This document shows, in pieces, positions 35,734-44,495 of a DNA stretch of 64,000 nt (its first letter is position 1; each line of letters opens with the position of its first letter). A program made the position numbers and the translations under genes. The stretch lies in NCBI GenBank assembly GCA_913043235.1, contig CAJWLO010000006.1, positions 270-64,269 of the forward strand. Reading direction: 5' to 3'. A model generated the notes under the pieces. The model saw only the letters and a list, made by a program, of their open reading frames with translations, did not search any database and was not told where the DNA came from. The stretch comes from an uncultured Fidelibacterota bacterium. Its GTDB lineage: Bacteria > Fidelibacterota > Marinisomatia > Marinisomatales > UBA1611.

Positions 35734-36207
35734 ATGAATTATAATAAACAAACATATGATTTAGGTAATCTTCCCTATTGGTTGACCTTTATGAGGGATG
35801 ACATAAAATTAACTTCTCTTGGAATGGGTTTTGCCCGGTTACCGGCTGGAAAAGGATACACTTTTTTACACAAACATAAATATCAGGAAGAAACCTATAT
35901 TGTATTAAATGGTAAAGGAATTATTTATCTTGATGGGGAACTTGTAGAATTATCACCTGGAGATGTTGTCCGGGTGAACCCCGAGGTTTATCGAGCTTTA
36001 AAAGCCGACGATGAATATGAATTGGTTTGTTTGATTGTTGGGGCCTTGCCCGCTGAAGGCTACCCTAGAAGAAAAAACAATCATGGTTCTCTTATAGATG
36101 ATGGCGTTCCTGACTGGGAAACATTGCCTCCCTGGTGTAAGGGCAGCAAAAAAGTAATTGAAATAAACAAAAAGATTAGAGCCCAAAGAGACGTGGAGAA
36201 TAGCTGA
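35734..36207 (+). CDS. cupin-domain protein
   Basis: 157 aa. Contains the cupin motifs GKGYTFLHKHKYQEETYIVLNGKG and PGDVVRVNP. Confidence 0.8.
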   Translation: MNYNKQTYDLGNLPYWLTFMRDDIKLTSLGMGFARLPAGKGYTFLHKHKYQEETYIVLNGKGIIYLDGELVELSPGDVVRVNPEVYRALKADDEYELVCLIVGALPAEGYPRRKNNHGSLIDDGVPDWETLPPWCKGSKKVIEINKKIRAQRDVENS

Positions 36208-36269
36208 TAGAATAGTTATTTGATTTTGTCTCCGGCTTTGTTTTTTTGTTTGTGGGAGGATGAGTATAT

Positions 36270-37820
36270 TTGGATATGTATGGATATATATCAGTCATAT
36301 TATTTATTGGATTAGTATTTTTGAGTTGTAATGACAGCCAAAGTGAAAATAAACTCCTTCCAACAGAAATTAACTCCATTCATTTTGGGACCTATCTCTA
36401 CGAAGATGATGATTGTTCCGGCAATGATATTCAATATGCTACAGTTGACAGAGAAGGGATAACTTTTTTTGATTACCTTGGTGATAATTGCGATGACACG
36501 GTAGGATGTTATGCTACTCAAACTTATGAGCTATCAGAAATCACTCAAGATTCATTTCTCATTGTGCCAGAAACCGGTAGCGTAATTATGGATGGCACCA
36601 TCAATATTGATGGTGACAGCCTAATGAGAATGACCTATACTACAGATAAAGGCAAGAATGAATATATGTGGGAAAAGTTTAGCGAGGATGTATACTCATT
36701 TACGCCCTCCTGCGATCAAGAATATGAATACACAAAAGATATAGCCGATATGATGATCTATGCAGTGAGTAATGATGGCAGTCTACTTTGGAAACAGTAT
36801 ATCCACGGCGGGATCTGGGATCTGGCATCTTCTGTCACACCATTATCTGATGGCGGCTACATGGTCTATGGTGTTTTCGATGGTATTAATTATGGTGGTT
36901 GTTGCTACACCAGAAACGGAGACGTGCGGGATATTATTAAACTTAATAGCCAAGGTCATGTACTGTGGCGTAAACAGATAGATTTTGCAGACGACGGTAT
37001 GACGACCCATCGAGCGAAAATTGGAAAATCCTTAATTGAAACATCTCACGGTGACCTTGTGTTTATTAACCCAAGTATAAAGGGTGGTATTAATATTGTT
37101 ATGATGGATACAGATGGAAATTTGATCTGGAGCCGCAATTATTCAGATCTGGGTACTTGGAACTATAACTCTGAGATTATGGAAACAGAAGATGGAGATC
37201 TCGTGGTAGTGGGCGATTACACCGCTAGATTTAAACTGCTGGATTATTATACAGGAGATATTCTAAACGAAGTGGCATATGATGGTTTAAGATATCCCCG
37301 GGCTATTGTGAATGTACAGGGTGATTTTGTTATTATAGGGAATGCCGTTGAGGGCAACGATGATTATTCACCTATATACCTGTTGAAAGTATCCAGTGAT
37401 GGTGATGAGCTCTGGCGAAAGATCTGGTCTGAAGATGAAGCAAGACCCAGAACGGCTCTGGATTTAATCCAAACCGCCGATGACGGCTTTCTTCTTTTCT
37501 GTTATTCTGACCCACACCCATATGCAACTTTGATCAAGACTGATTCTGAAGGCAATGAACTCTGGCGTAAGAAATACGATGACTACGTTGGTGGAAGCCA
37601 AGGCTGGATCCATCAAACGGATGATGGTGGATTCTTTATGGCATCGGGTTATGCCGTGACCAAACTGGACCAAACCTGCAATGTAATTTGGAATGCATCA
37701 GCAGCTTCTGGCTTTGATAAATATTTCAGCAACGGCATGGTCTCAGGTATCAATCATGATATGAAACCTATAGAAAATGGGGCAGTGATGGCCGGTTACG
37801 GATCGCCTGACTGGGAATAA
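36270..37820 (+). CDS. hypothetical lipoprotein with beta-propeller-like repeats
   Basis: 516 aa. The lipobox is VFLSC. Five or six repeats occur at ~50-60 aa spacing: NDGSLLWKQ, SQGHVLWRKQ, TDGNLIWSRN, SDGDELWRKIW, SEGNELWRKKY. The N-terminal segment is Cys/Asp-rich. Confidence 0.6.
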   Translation: MDMYGYISVILFIGLVFLSCNDSQSENKLLPTEINSIHFGTYLYEDDDCSGNDIQYATVDREGITFFDYLGDNCDDTVGCYATQTYELSEITQDSFLIVPETGSVIMDGTINIDGDSLMRMTYTTDKGKNEYMWEKFSEDVYSFTPSCDQEYEYTKDIADMMIYAVSNDGSLLWKQYIHGGIWDLASSVTPLSDGGYMVYGVFDGINYGGCCYTRNGDVRDIIKLNSQGHVLWRKQIDFADDGMTTHRAKIGKSLIETSHGDLVFINPSIKGGINIVMMDTDGNLIWSRNYSDLGTWNYNSEIMETEDGDLVVVGDYTARFKLLDYYTGDILNEVAYDGLRYPRAIVNVQGDFVIIGNAVEGNDDYSPIYLLKVSSDGDELWRKIWSEDEARPRTALDLIQTADDGFLLFCYSDPHPYATLIKTDSEGNELWRKKYDDYVGGSQGWIHQTDDGGFFMASGYAVTKLDQTCNVIWNASAASGFDKYFSNGMVSGINHDMKPIENGAVMAGYGSPDWE

Positions 37821-37886
37821 AATTGATTCTTGCAGTGATACCAGTATTGAATCTATAAAATAGTTCGCGCCACGATTTAATTATGT

Positions 37887-38840
37887 ATGAAAAAATTGTT
37901 ATTTATATTGATCACCTTTTTTGCAAATCAAATGAAACAACCCGGTATCAATAAACAACCAGAAAATAATAATGATACCTTAATTGAAGTGCATCACGGT
38001 GACCTTGTTTTTTCCTGCAGAACATCAGGGCTGGAAAATGCTGGCGAAGCAATTATACTACTCCATGGCTTCCCGGAAACATCTCACATGTGGTTTGATC
38101 TAATGCATCAGCTATCTAGCCGGGGTTATAGGGTTATTGCTCCCAATCAAAGAGGGTACAGCCCAGGGGCCAGACCCAGTGATATAAAAGAATATTCAAT
38201 TAAAAAAATTGCAGAAGATGTATTCGCATTAGCAGATGCTTTTGAGTTTAAGCAGTTTCATTTGGTTGGGCATGATTGGGGCTCAGCCATAGGCTGGGCT
38301 GTTGTTGCACTCCAAACAGAAAAGGTCTTAAGCTGGACAGCAATGTCCGTTCCTCATATGAAAGCCTTTTCATATGCATACAATCAGGATAAGGACCAGC
38401 GCGAAAGGAGCAGATATATTAGTTTTTTTAAACTGCCATTTATTCCAGAATTATATTTTTCATGGAATAAATATTCCAATTTGAAAGAAATCTGGAAAAA
38501 AAGTTCTCCAGAGCAAAAAAAAATATATTTGGATATTTTTCAGCAGCGCGGTGCTTTGAAAGCGGCTCTGAACTGGTACCGAGCCAACATTGGTGTAACA
38601 GTGGAAGCTGAGGATCAGATCGCGTTTGATGATGTAACTGTACCCAGTCAGTTAATCTGGGGGAATAGGGATATGGCCTTGGGGAGAACCGGTGCTGAAC
38701 TTACTGGGAATTATATGAAGGGTCCCTACAGGTTCATTGAATTAAATGCAGGACATTGGTTGATCCAAGAATCTTTTCCGGAAGTGTCTTCAGCCATTAT
38801 TGAACATATAAAAAAGCATCCAGAGAAAAAGAATAAATAG
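37887..38840 (+). CDS. alpha/beta hydrolase (epoxide-hydrolase/haloalkane-dehalogenase-like)
   Basis: 317 aa. Contains LLHGFPETSHMW, the nucleophile elbow VGHDWGS, and a C-terminal GHW. Confidence 0.85.
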   Translation: MKKLLFILITFFANQMKQPGINKQPENNNDTLIEVHHGDLVFSCRTSGLENAGEAIILLHGFPETSHMWFDLMHQLSSRGYRVIAPNQRGYSPGARPSDIKEYSIKKIAEDVFALADAFEFKQFHLVGHDWGSAIGWAVVALQTEKVLSWTAMSVPHMKAFSYAYNQDKDQRERSRYISFFKLPFIPELYFSWNKYSNLKEIWKKSSPEQKKIYLDIFQQRGALKAALNWYRANIGVTVEAEDQIAFDDVTVPSQLIWGNRDMALGRTGAELTGNYMKGPYRFIELNAGHWLIQESFPEVSSAIIEHIKKHPEKKNK

Positions 38841-38936
38841 TGCATCTATGATCACCCATCTAGAGTGTAGTGTAATGATAGTTGTGGTCCGGGAAGATAG
38901 ATCAGGTTTTTAAAGAAATATAATTATTCTCCTTCA

Positions 38937-39044
38937 TGTATTCTCGTGGCCGCTTGTAGTCCAGAAATCAGTGTTCCCTGCAACTAGCCCAGATAAACCG
39001 AGACCAATAATAATTACTTTTTTGGACAGTTGATTCCCTGAAAG
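38937..39044 (-). pseudogene. possible remnant of the N-terminus of an FAD/NAD-binding oxidoreductase
   Basis: The minus-strand open frame of 36 codons has no start codon and reads LSGNQLSKKVIIIGLGLSGLVAGNTDFWTTSGHENT*. It contains a GxGxxG dinucleotide-binding motif (38976-39017). It lies in a 372-bp gap with no ORF. Confidence 0.3.
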
Positions 39045-39212
39045 TTAGCCTGGAAAATCTCAGCCTGTTTAAGCCTAATCATCTTCGAAAGACACAAAAG
39101 CCATTCCTGCAGTTAACAACATACTCTGGCGAATAAACTATCGACGGATAAGATCAGGCATAGGCAGAAAGAAGCCGGACGGCTACGAGAAAATATACTG
39201 TGAAGTAATGTT

Positions 39213-39800
39213 TCATCTCAATACAGTGAGAGGAATGGATTCATAATATTCTACCAGCTTCAGTGCAGCCTTCAAGTTTTCTTTTGTTATAGAATATTCA
39301 TCTTCATAATCACTAGTGAAACGATACTCTACTATTGTACGAGGTGTTAACAACTTTCTCAATTTTTCGAATTGTTCTTGAGTTATCAACAGATCTTTCT
39401 TTTCATGGACAATGCCGCCATGACGATTATCAGTATTAAAATCATTATTGCTGAAATTCCATTCCAGCTTATGTGACTTGCCATTCTTGATAGAGACTTT
39501 ATCAAAAAGCTTTCGATCAATACCATTATACTCAAATACAATTCTTATCCATTTAGATTCCTGATTATTAATGGTATAAAGATAAAATCTGTTTTTATTA
39601 GCAAAAGAAAGAAATGGTCTTTTTAGGGATGATTTATGTGCCGTATAGACTAGATTTCCTATCTTATCTATTTTCTGGTAAAGTGGGCTTGATTTGGCTG
39701 TAGGTACATATCCGGGCGAAATCCGGGCGGCACAGGATGAAAAAAAAACTAAGTTCAAAGAACAAAGAAAAAAAATACGAAATAAGAAAAATAATTTCAC
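39213..39800 (-). CDS. hypothetical lipoprotein
   Basis: 195 aa. It has a signal peptide with the lipobox FFSSC. I recognised no family. Confidence 0.5.
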   Translation of the reverse strand: MKLFFLFRIFFLCSLNLVFFSSCAARISPGYVPTAKSSPLYQKIDKIGNLVYTAHKSSLKRPFLSFANKNRFYLYTINNQESKWIRIVFEYNGIDRKLFDKVSIKNGKSHKLEWNFSNNDFNTDNRHGGIVHEKKDLLITQEQFEKLRKLLTPRTIVEYRFTSDYEDEYSITKENLKAALKLVEYYESIPLTVLR

Positions 39801-39853
39801 CGGGCTGACCTGAAATATTCCTGACTGAATCTAACCTTACTTTTCCTATGAAA

Positions 39854-39871
39854 AAACCGTCATAACGGTTT
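39854..39871 (-). terminator. orphan terminator-like hairpin
   Basis: On the minus strand the sequence reads AAACCGT-TATG-ACGGTTT, then TTT and CATAGG. The stem is 7 bp and the U-run 6 nt. It lies 54 nt upstream of the 39800 start, with no minus-strand gene upstream of it. Confidence 0.4.
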
Positions 39872-40050
39872 AAATATTAAATAATTCTTGTGTGAATTTG
39901 TATTTTATCATGCCGTAAAATATCCCCACTGTATATTTTATAAATAAATAAATTCTATTATTCTAATATAGGTTTTGCAGATATGATCATAGGGTGTATT
40001 AAAAATCATCTCTGCTTAAATATATAGATAATACTTAAATAAATATAATT

Positions 40051-40476
40051 ATGGGAAAAAGGGAAACAGTTATCTTCATCTGTACCGGCAATAGCTGTCG
40101 ATCACAAATGGCCGAGGGTTTATTAAGAAACATGGCTGGCGATCTTTTTGAGGTATTCAGCGCTGGCAGCCATCCATCTCGCTTGCACCCTGCATCTATC
40201 ATTGTTATGGACGAGCTGGGTATAGATATTTCCAATCATTCGGCTGATAGCATTGATGAATACCTAGATAAAAATATTGATATTGTTATTTCCGTTTGCG
40301 ATAATGCCCGCCAGGCTTGTCCTTCATTTCCTAGAGATGTTCAACAGATCCATTGGAGTATTGATGACCCTTTTCATGGATGGGGTTCGGAACCTGGCGA
40401 TCTTTTACCCTACCGGGAAGCCCGGGATATTTTAAAAGACCGCATTAAATCTTTTATAAATCAGGAATTGGCATGA
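40051..40476 (+). CDS. arsC: arsenate reductase, thioredoxin-coupled LMW-PTP type
   Basis: 141 aa. Contains the CTGNSCRSQMAEG P-loop and the second Cys pair VCDNARQACP, matching the three-Cys pattern of the Staphylococcus/Bacillus ArsC type. Confidence 0.85.
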   Translation: MGKRETVIFICTGNSCRSQMAEGLLRNMAGDLFEVFSAGSHPSRLHPASIIVMDELGIDISNHSADSIDEYLDKNIDIVISVCDNARQACPSFPRDVQQIHWSIDDPFHGWGSEPGDLLPYREARDILKDRIKSFINQELA

Positions 40477-40492
40477 TTCTAGAAATAATGAA

Positions 40493-41371
40493 ATGAAGAT
40501 CATTATTTCAGAATTACCTCTTTCCCCATGGTGGTGGCAGGGTGTACCTGCATACGATGATAATCCTGCTATGCAGGCCGGGACTATTCCCAATCAGTCG
40601 GTGGTAGTATCAGAGCGTAATATGCTAATTACCATTCTTAAAGAACTGGATGTAGATATATTCGAATCTCCATTTCCAAAGAAACTGGATGATAAGTATC
40701 TACAACACGATTTTATTTATATCCGAGATCAGTTTATTACAGATCAAAATGGCAATGCAGTGATTCTACAATTTCGTAATCCTAAAAGAAAAGTTGAGCA
40801 ACAATACATAGTACCAATATTGGAGACCTTGGGATTATCCATTATGTTTTTACCTGAAAAATCTGGTCTTTTTGCAGAAGGGGGTGAATTCTATTTCTGT
40901 AAGGAAGATAATATTCTTTTCAGTGGCCTATCCCGCAATAGCCGTTCAGGGGCTGAAGCCGTAGCAGCTTCTCTCAATGTTAAAGAATTAATACTGCTTG
41001 ATAGTAATGTATATCACTTGGATGTATATTTTTCTCCTGTATTTGATCAAAATGGTGCCATCTGTGCCCTGATTTGCTGCTTGGCAGAATTAGCCAAGAA
41101 CTCGATAAAAGATCTATACAGTTTTGCAAATAAAAAAAACATCCCCATTTTAGATATCCCGATTGAAGATGGAATTGGTACTAAAAAAAAACCTGGTTCT
41201 CTTGCTGCAAACGCACTGCCTCTTCCAGGTACAATTATATCTCCTAGCGCCTTCTCGAATCCTCATATTGATAGAAAACTTGAGGGCCTAGGGATAGAAC
41301 ACATTGTCTCCCCATTATCTCAATATGCACTAAGTGGTGGAGCAGTACATTGCTGTACGAATGAATTATAA
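40493..41371 (+). CDS. guanidino-group-modifying enzyme superfamily protein (amidinotransferase/DDAH/deiminase-like)
   Basis: 292 aa. The C-terminal catalytic-Cys motif GGAVHCCTNEL is typical of the fold. Substrate cannot be read from the sequence. Confidence 0.7.
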   Translation: MKIIISELPLSPWWWQGVPAYDDNPAMQAGTIPNQSVVVSERNMLITILKELDVDIFESPFPKKLDDKYLQHDFIYIRDQFITDQNGNAVILQFRNPKRKVEQQYIVPILETLGLSIMFLPEKSGLFAEGGEFYFCKEDNILFSGLSRNSRSGAEAVAASLNVKELILLDSNVYHLDVYFSPVFDQNGAICALICCLAELAKNSIKDLYSFANKKNIPILDIPIEDGIGTKKKPGSLAANALPLPGTIISPSAFSNPHIDRKLEGLGIEHIVSPLSQYALSGGAVHCCTNEL

Positions 41372-41375
41372 ATAA

Positions 41376-41399
41376 AAAAGGGGGGATATCACCCCTTTT
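41376..41399. terminator. bidirectional intrinsic terminator between convergent genes
   Basis: The sequence AAAAGGGGGG-ATATCA-CCCCTTTT is flanked by an A-run upstream and a T-run downstream, so it reads as stem plus U-tract on both strands. Confidence 0.7.
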
Positions 41400-41421
41400 C
41401 ACATCAGAATTAATTTATAAA

Positions 41422-42120
41422 TTAGATTCCGAAACCAAACCTCACATTAAAGCTACCAAATCCGTTATTACCAGGGATTACATCCTTAGCCATAGTATAC
41501 CTATAATAGGCAAATACATCAAATGTTAATAAATGCATCTGCAAACCAGCCTGAACATGGAAACCTGTTGCTTCCAATTTGTTTTCCTTAAGGTAATCTA
41601 TTAAAGCATCTTCGTCAATCTCACCCGTTTGAATATTACCACCTACTACGGTAGTAAGCATTTCTTGATTGATCATTGGTGTCCCCACATGCTGGTTATA
41701 GCCAAGTCCTGCGTATAAGTTGGCTCTAGCCAAAAAAGGGATTCCCAAATCAAATACTGATTTCTGTATTGTGATATAGGTATTTGCTGCTCCAAAAGCA
41801 AATTGAACCGAATCAAGATTTGACACTGGATTTACAAATGAAAAATTATAAAAATTACCAACCATATTAAATTCTACATCTAAATCTATAACTGGTATAA
41901 TATCCAAATACAGATACCCGCCAATTCCAACTCCATTTTCAAAACCATGGTGCGTAAAGCTTCCCACTTGAGTTTGTTCTCCCAGTACATCAACCATGAG
42001 TGGGCTATTAGATGAGCCAACGGAAAACAAACTTTGATTTACGCTGAGCCCCAGGCCTGCTATGGCAAAGATACTGGATGGCAAAATAGCCAACAGTGTA
42101 ATGAGTAAATATTTCTTCAT
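41422..42120 (-). CDS. outer-membrane beta-barrel (OmpA-like/porin-family) protein
   Basis: 232 aa with signal peptide MKKYLLITLLAILPSSIFA. It has alternating hydrophobic beta-strand patterning and ends in FNVRFGFGI. Confidence 0.55.
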   Translation of the reverse strand: MKKYLLITLLAILPSSIFAIAGLGLSVNQSLFSVGSSNSPLMVDVLGEQTQVGSFTHHGFENGVGIGGYLYLDIIPVIDLDVEFNMVGNFYNFSFVNPVSNLDSVQFAFGAANTYITIQKSVFDLGIPFLARANLYAGLGYNQHVGTPMINQEMLTTVVGGNIQTGEIDEDALIDYLKENKLEATGFHVQAGLQMHLLTFDVFAYYRYTMAKDVIPGNNGFGSFNVRFGFGI

Positions 42121-42239
42121 TATATCTCCGAATTATGTTGCAGAATAATTTCTTAATTTTACGCAAGAAGAAAGATCAAACAAATCACTCATTGATAACC
42201 CCCTATTCATCTAAATAAATTGCCCCCCATCTTCATTCC

Positions 42240-44495
42240 ATGAACCGAACTTTATTTTTAACAACCCTGACCTTGGCTGTTTCCGCTTTCAGTCAGACCG
42301 CAGAATGGCCTACCCGGGCCAGCAGATCATTTTCCTCGAATTTTGGTGAAAATCGTGACGATCATTTTCACATGGGCATTGATATTAAAACCCGGGGAAC
42401 TAGTGGTCATGAAATTGTTGCTTCCCACAACGGTTATATAAGCCGAATGGTCTCTAATTACAGTGGATATGGAAAGGCCATTTATATCAAAACAACTAGT
42501 GGGAATGAAGTTGTCTATGGACATATGGAAAAATTTACACCTGTATTGGAAAAAGTTTGGCGTTTACAGCAGGCCAAAAGAAGGAGTTACAAGGTAAATG
42601 CTAACTTTTCAAGCAGGGAATTCCCGGTAAAAAAAGGAGATTTGATTGGTTATTCAGGAAATACCGGTTCATCATTTGCACCTCATATACACTATGAATA
42701 CCGTACACCCAGCAGTGAACCTTTAAACCCCCTTGTTTTCGCTTTTGACCTGCCAGACAATGTGACGCCAATCCCAAAAAATATTGCACTAATCCCCTTA
42801 TCACGAGAAGCTTTGGTGAATGCCAGTCCTCTTGTCCAAACTTTTCCTCTATACAGAGATAGATCTGGTGTATATTATTTTGCCGATACAGTGAGTGTAT
42901 TTGGTGAATTTGCATTTGCTATTGAAGCAGTAGACAAGCGGCAAGGCGCTAACAACGTATATCAGTTTCACCGGGCAGAGCTCATCTTTGATGGTAAAAA
43001 AGAGTTTGAACTACGTTATGATAAAATCTCTTTTTCCCAGGGAAGTCACGCCAATACCGTTATTCATTATAGCCTAAAACGAAAAAATCTGGGTGAATAT
43101 CAAAAACTTTACCGTTTGCCTGAACATCCAAAAATGTCATTACACAGATCAGCAGAGTCAGGTGTTATCCGTCCTCAGCCAGGTTTTCATTCTGTGGAAA
43201 TTAATATTTATGATGCTGCTGAAAATAAAGCTGTGATCCGAGGCGTTATTGCCGGTACTTTTCCCATGTCTGTCGATGTTCAAGAAATATTGCGAAACGA
43301 TATGGTCCTTACACTAGACATCAGCCCTAAACGGGGAGGCCTCCCCATTCGGGATGCATTTATCTATAGTTTTACACCATATGGTTTCCCTGATAAAAAG
43401 ATTGAATTTCTTCATGCAGAGCAGGTAAAGAATAATCTACACATTACCTTGCCCTTGAAAGAAATAAAAAATCGAAACCTACAGATCCTTGCCATTAATC
43501 AACTGGGTGGTATGGCAGAGCCTTTCCATTGGACAACTCTTGAATCAGAATACAGTGTGATCGATATCTTGCCAGACCTGGAGGTTTCAGAAACAGAGCG
43601 GGGTATATTCTTTCAGGTTCAGCTCGATCAATATGTGCCTGCAAATGTTTCCGTCAAGCTTGCAGACAACAATACATTCCAGTCTTTCTCTCTGAACCAG
43701 ATTCAGCCAAATGTTTTTCTTTCCGAAATGCTGCCCCATCGGCTTGTAACAGGAATCAAATACATTGATGTGGAATTATCCCATGAGGGATTATCACGGG
43801 AGACACGGTTTCATTTTCGGTCTGTTGTGGCTGAGCCCGGCCAGGAAACTGTTGCTTTATCTCAGGATAGAAACTGCTCTGTTCAAATTCTGCCCCAGAC
43901 ATTATACCAAACCAACGTTATATGGATCGAGAAGGTAAAAGAGCATGCACCTGTAAAAGAAGGATTCCATCTATCTTCTGTTTACCAAATACAGCCCTTC
44001 AACATACCCTTGAGAGATGAATTCAAAGTTGGAATCCGCTATGATTTTGACCTAGTGGAGCATTCCAACCTCGGTATTTATTATTACGATGCCAAGGAAG
44101 AGCAGTGGACCTACATTCACACAGAAAACAACCGCAGAAAACAGATTCTAACAGCTTCATTGATCCAGTTTGATGCTGTTACAGTGATTCAGGACCTGGA
44201 ACCGCCAATAATTGTAAGCATGCATCCTGGAAATGGTGCTGGCTACAAGACCGGCGATATTAAGGATATACGTATTATTGTGGATGATAAAATCTCAGGG
44301 ATTGAACCAGAGGAAGAATCCTTCGAACTTACCTTAAACGGTCGGCCGCTCTATTTTGCCTATCAGCCTGTAAAAAAGGAAATATCCTATATTTTAGAAC
44401 AACCCCTAAAAGATGGACCACACCAGATCGATTTTAAAATAAGTGACCGTTTGGGTAACAGTGCATCCAAAACGGCCTTTTTTTCTATTTATTAA
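42240..44495 (+). CDS. M23-family metallopeptidase with a ~500-aa C-terminal extension
   Basis: 751 aa with a signal peptide. The metal ligands are intact (HFHMGIDI and GNTGSSFAPHIHYEY). The remainder is beta-rich and unassigned. Confidence 0.85.
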   Translation: MNRTLFLTTLTLAVSAFSQTAEWPTRASRSFSSNFGENRDDHFHMGIDIKTRGTSGHEIVASHNGYISRMVSNYSGYGKAIYIKTTSGNEVVYGHMEKFTPVLEKVWRLQQAKRRSYKVNANFSSREFPVKKGDLIGYSGNTGSSFAPHIHYEYRTPSSEPLNPLVFAFDLPDNVTPIPKNIALIPLSREALVNASPLVQTFPLYRDRSGVYYFADTVSVFGEFAFAIEAVDKRQGANNVYQFHRAELIFDGKKEFELRYDKISFSQGSHANTVIHYSLKRKNLGEYQKLYRLPEHPKMSLHRSAESGVIRPQPGFHSVEINIYDAAENKAVIRGVIAGTFPMSVDVQEILRNDMVLTLDISPKRGGLPIRDAFIYSFTPYGFPDKKIEFLHAEQVKNNLHITLPLKEIKNRNLQILAINQLGGMAEPFHWTTLESEYSVIDILPDLEVSETERGIFFQVQLDQYVPANVSVKLADNNTFQSFSLNQIQPNVFLSEMLPHRLVTGIKYIDVELSHEGLSRETRFHFRSVVAEPGQETVALSQDRNCSVQILPQTLYQTNVIWIEKVKEHAPVKEGFHLSSVYQIQPFNIPLRDEFKVGIRYDFDLVEHSNLGIYYYDAKEEQWTYIHTENNRRKQILTASLIQFDAVTVIQDLEPPIIVSMHPGNGAGYKTGDIKDIRIIVDDKISGIEPEEESFELTLNGRPLYFAYQPVKKEISYILEQPLKDGPHQIDFKISDRLGNSASKTAFFSIY

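Noticed and set aside
38841-39212. An RNase P, SRP or tmRNA gene in the ORF-free gap. GGTCCGGGAAG and GAAAGAAGCCGGAC look superficially like SRP and RNase P elements.
   Set aside because: The flanking sequence does not provide the required pairing partners or the other universally conserved blocks (GAGGAAAGUCCGG, or a tmRNA 3' end with CCA). An Infernal scan would still be worthwhile.
40035-40235. 66-aa minus-strand ORF overlapping the start of arsC.
   Set aside because: It lies antisense to a gene with unambiguous ArsC motifs and has no supporting signals.
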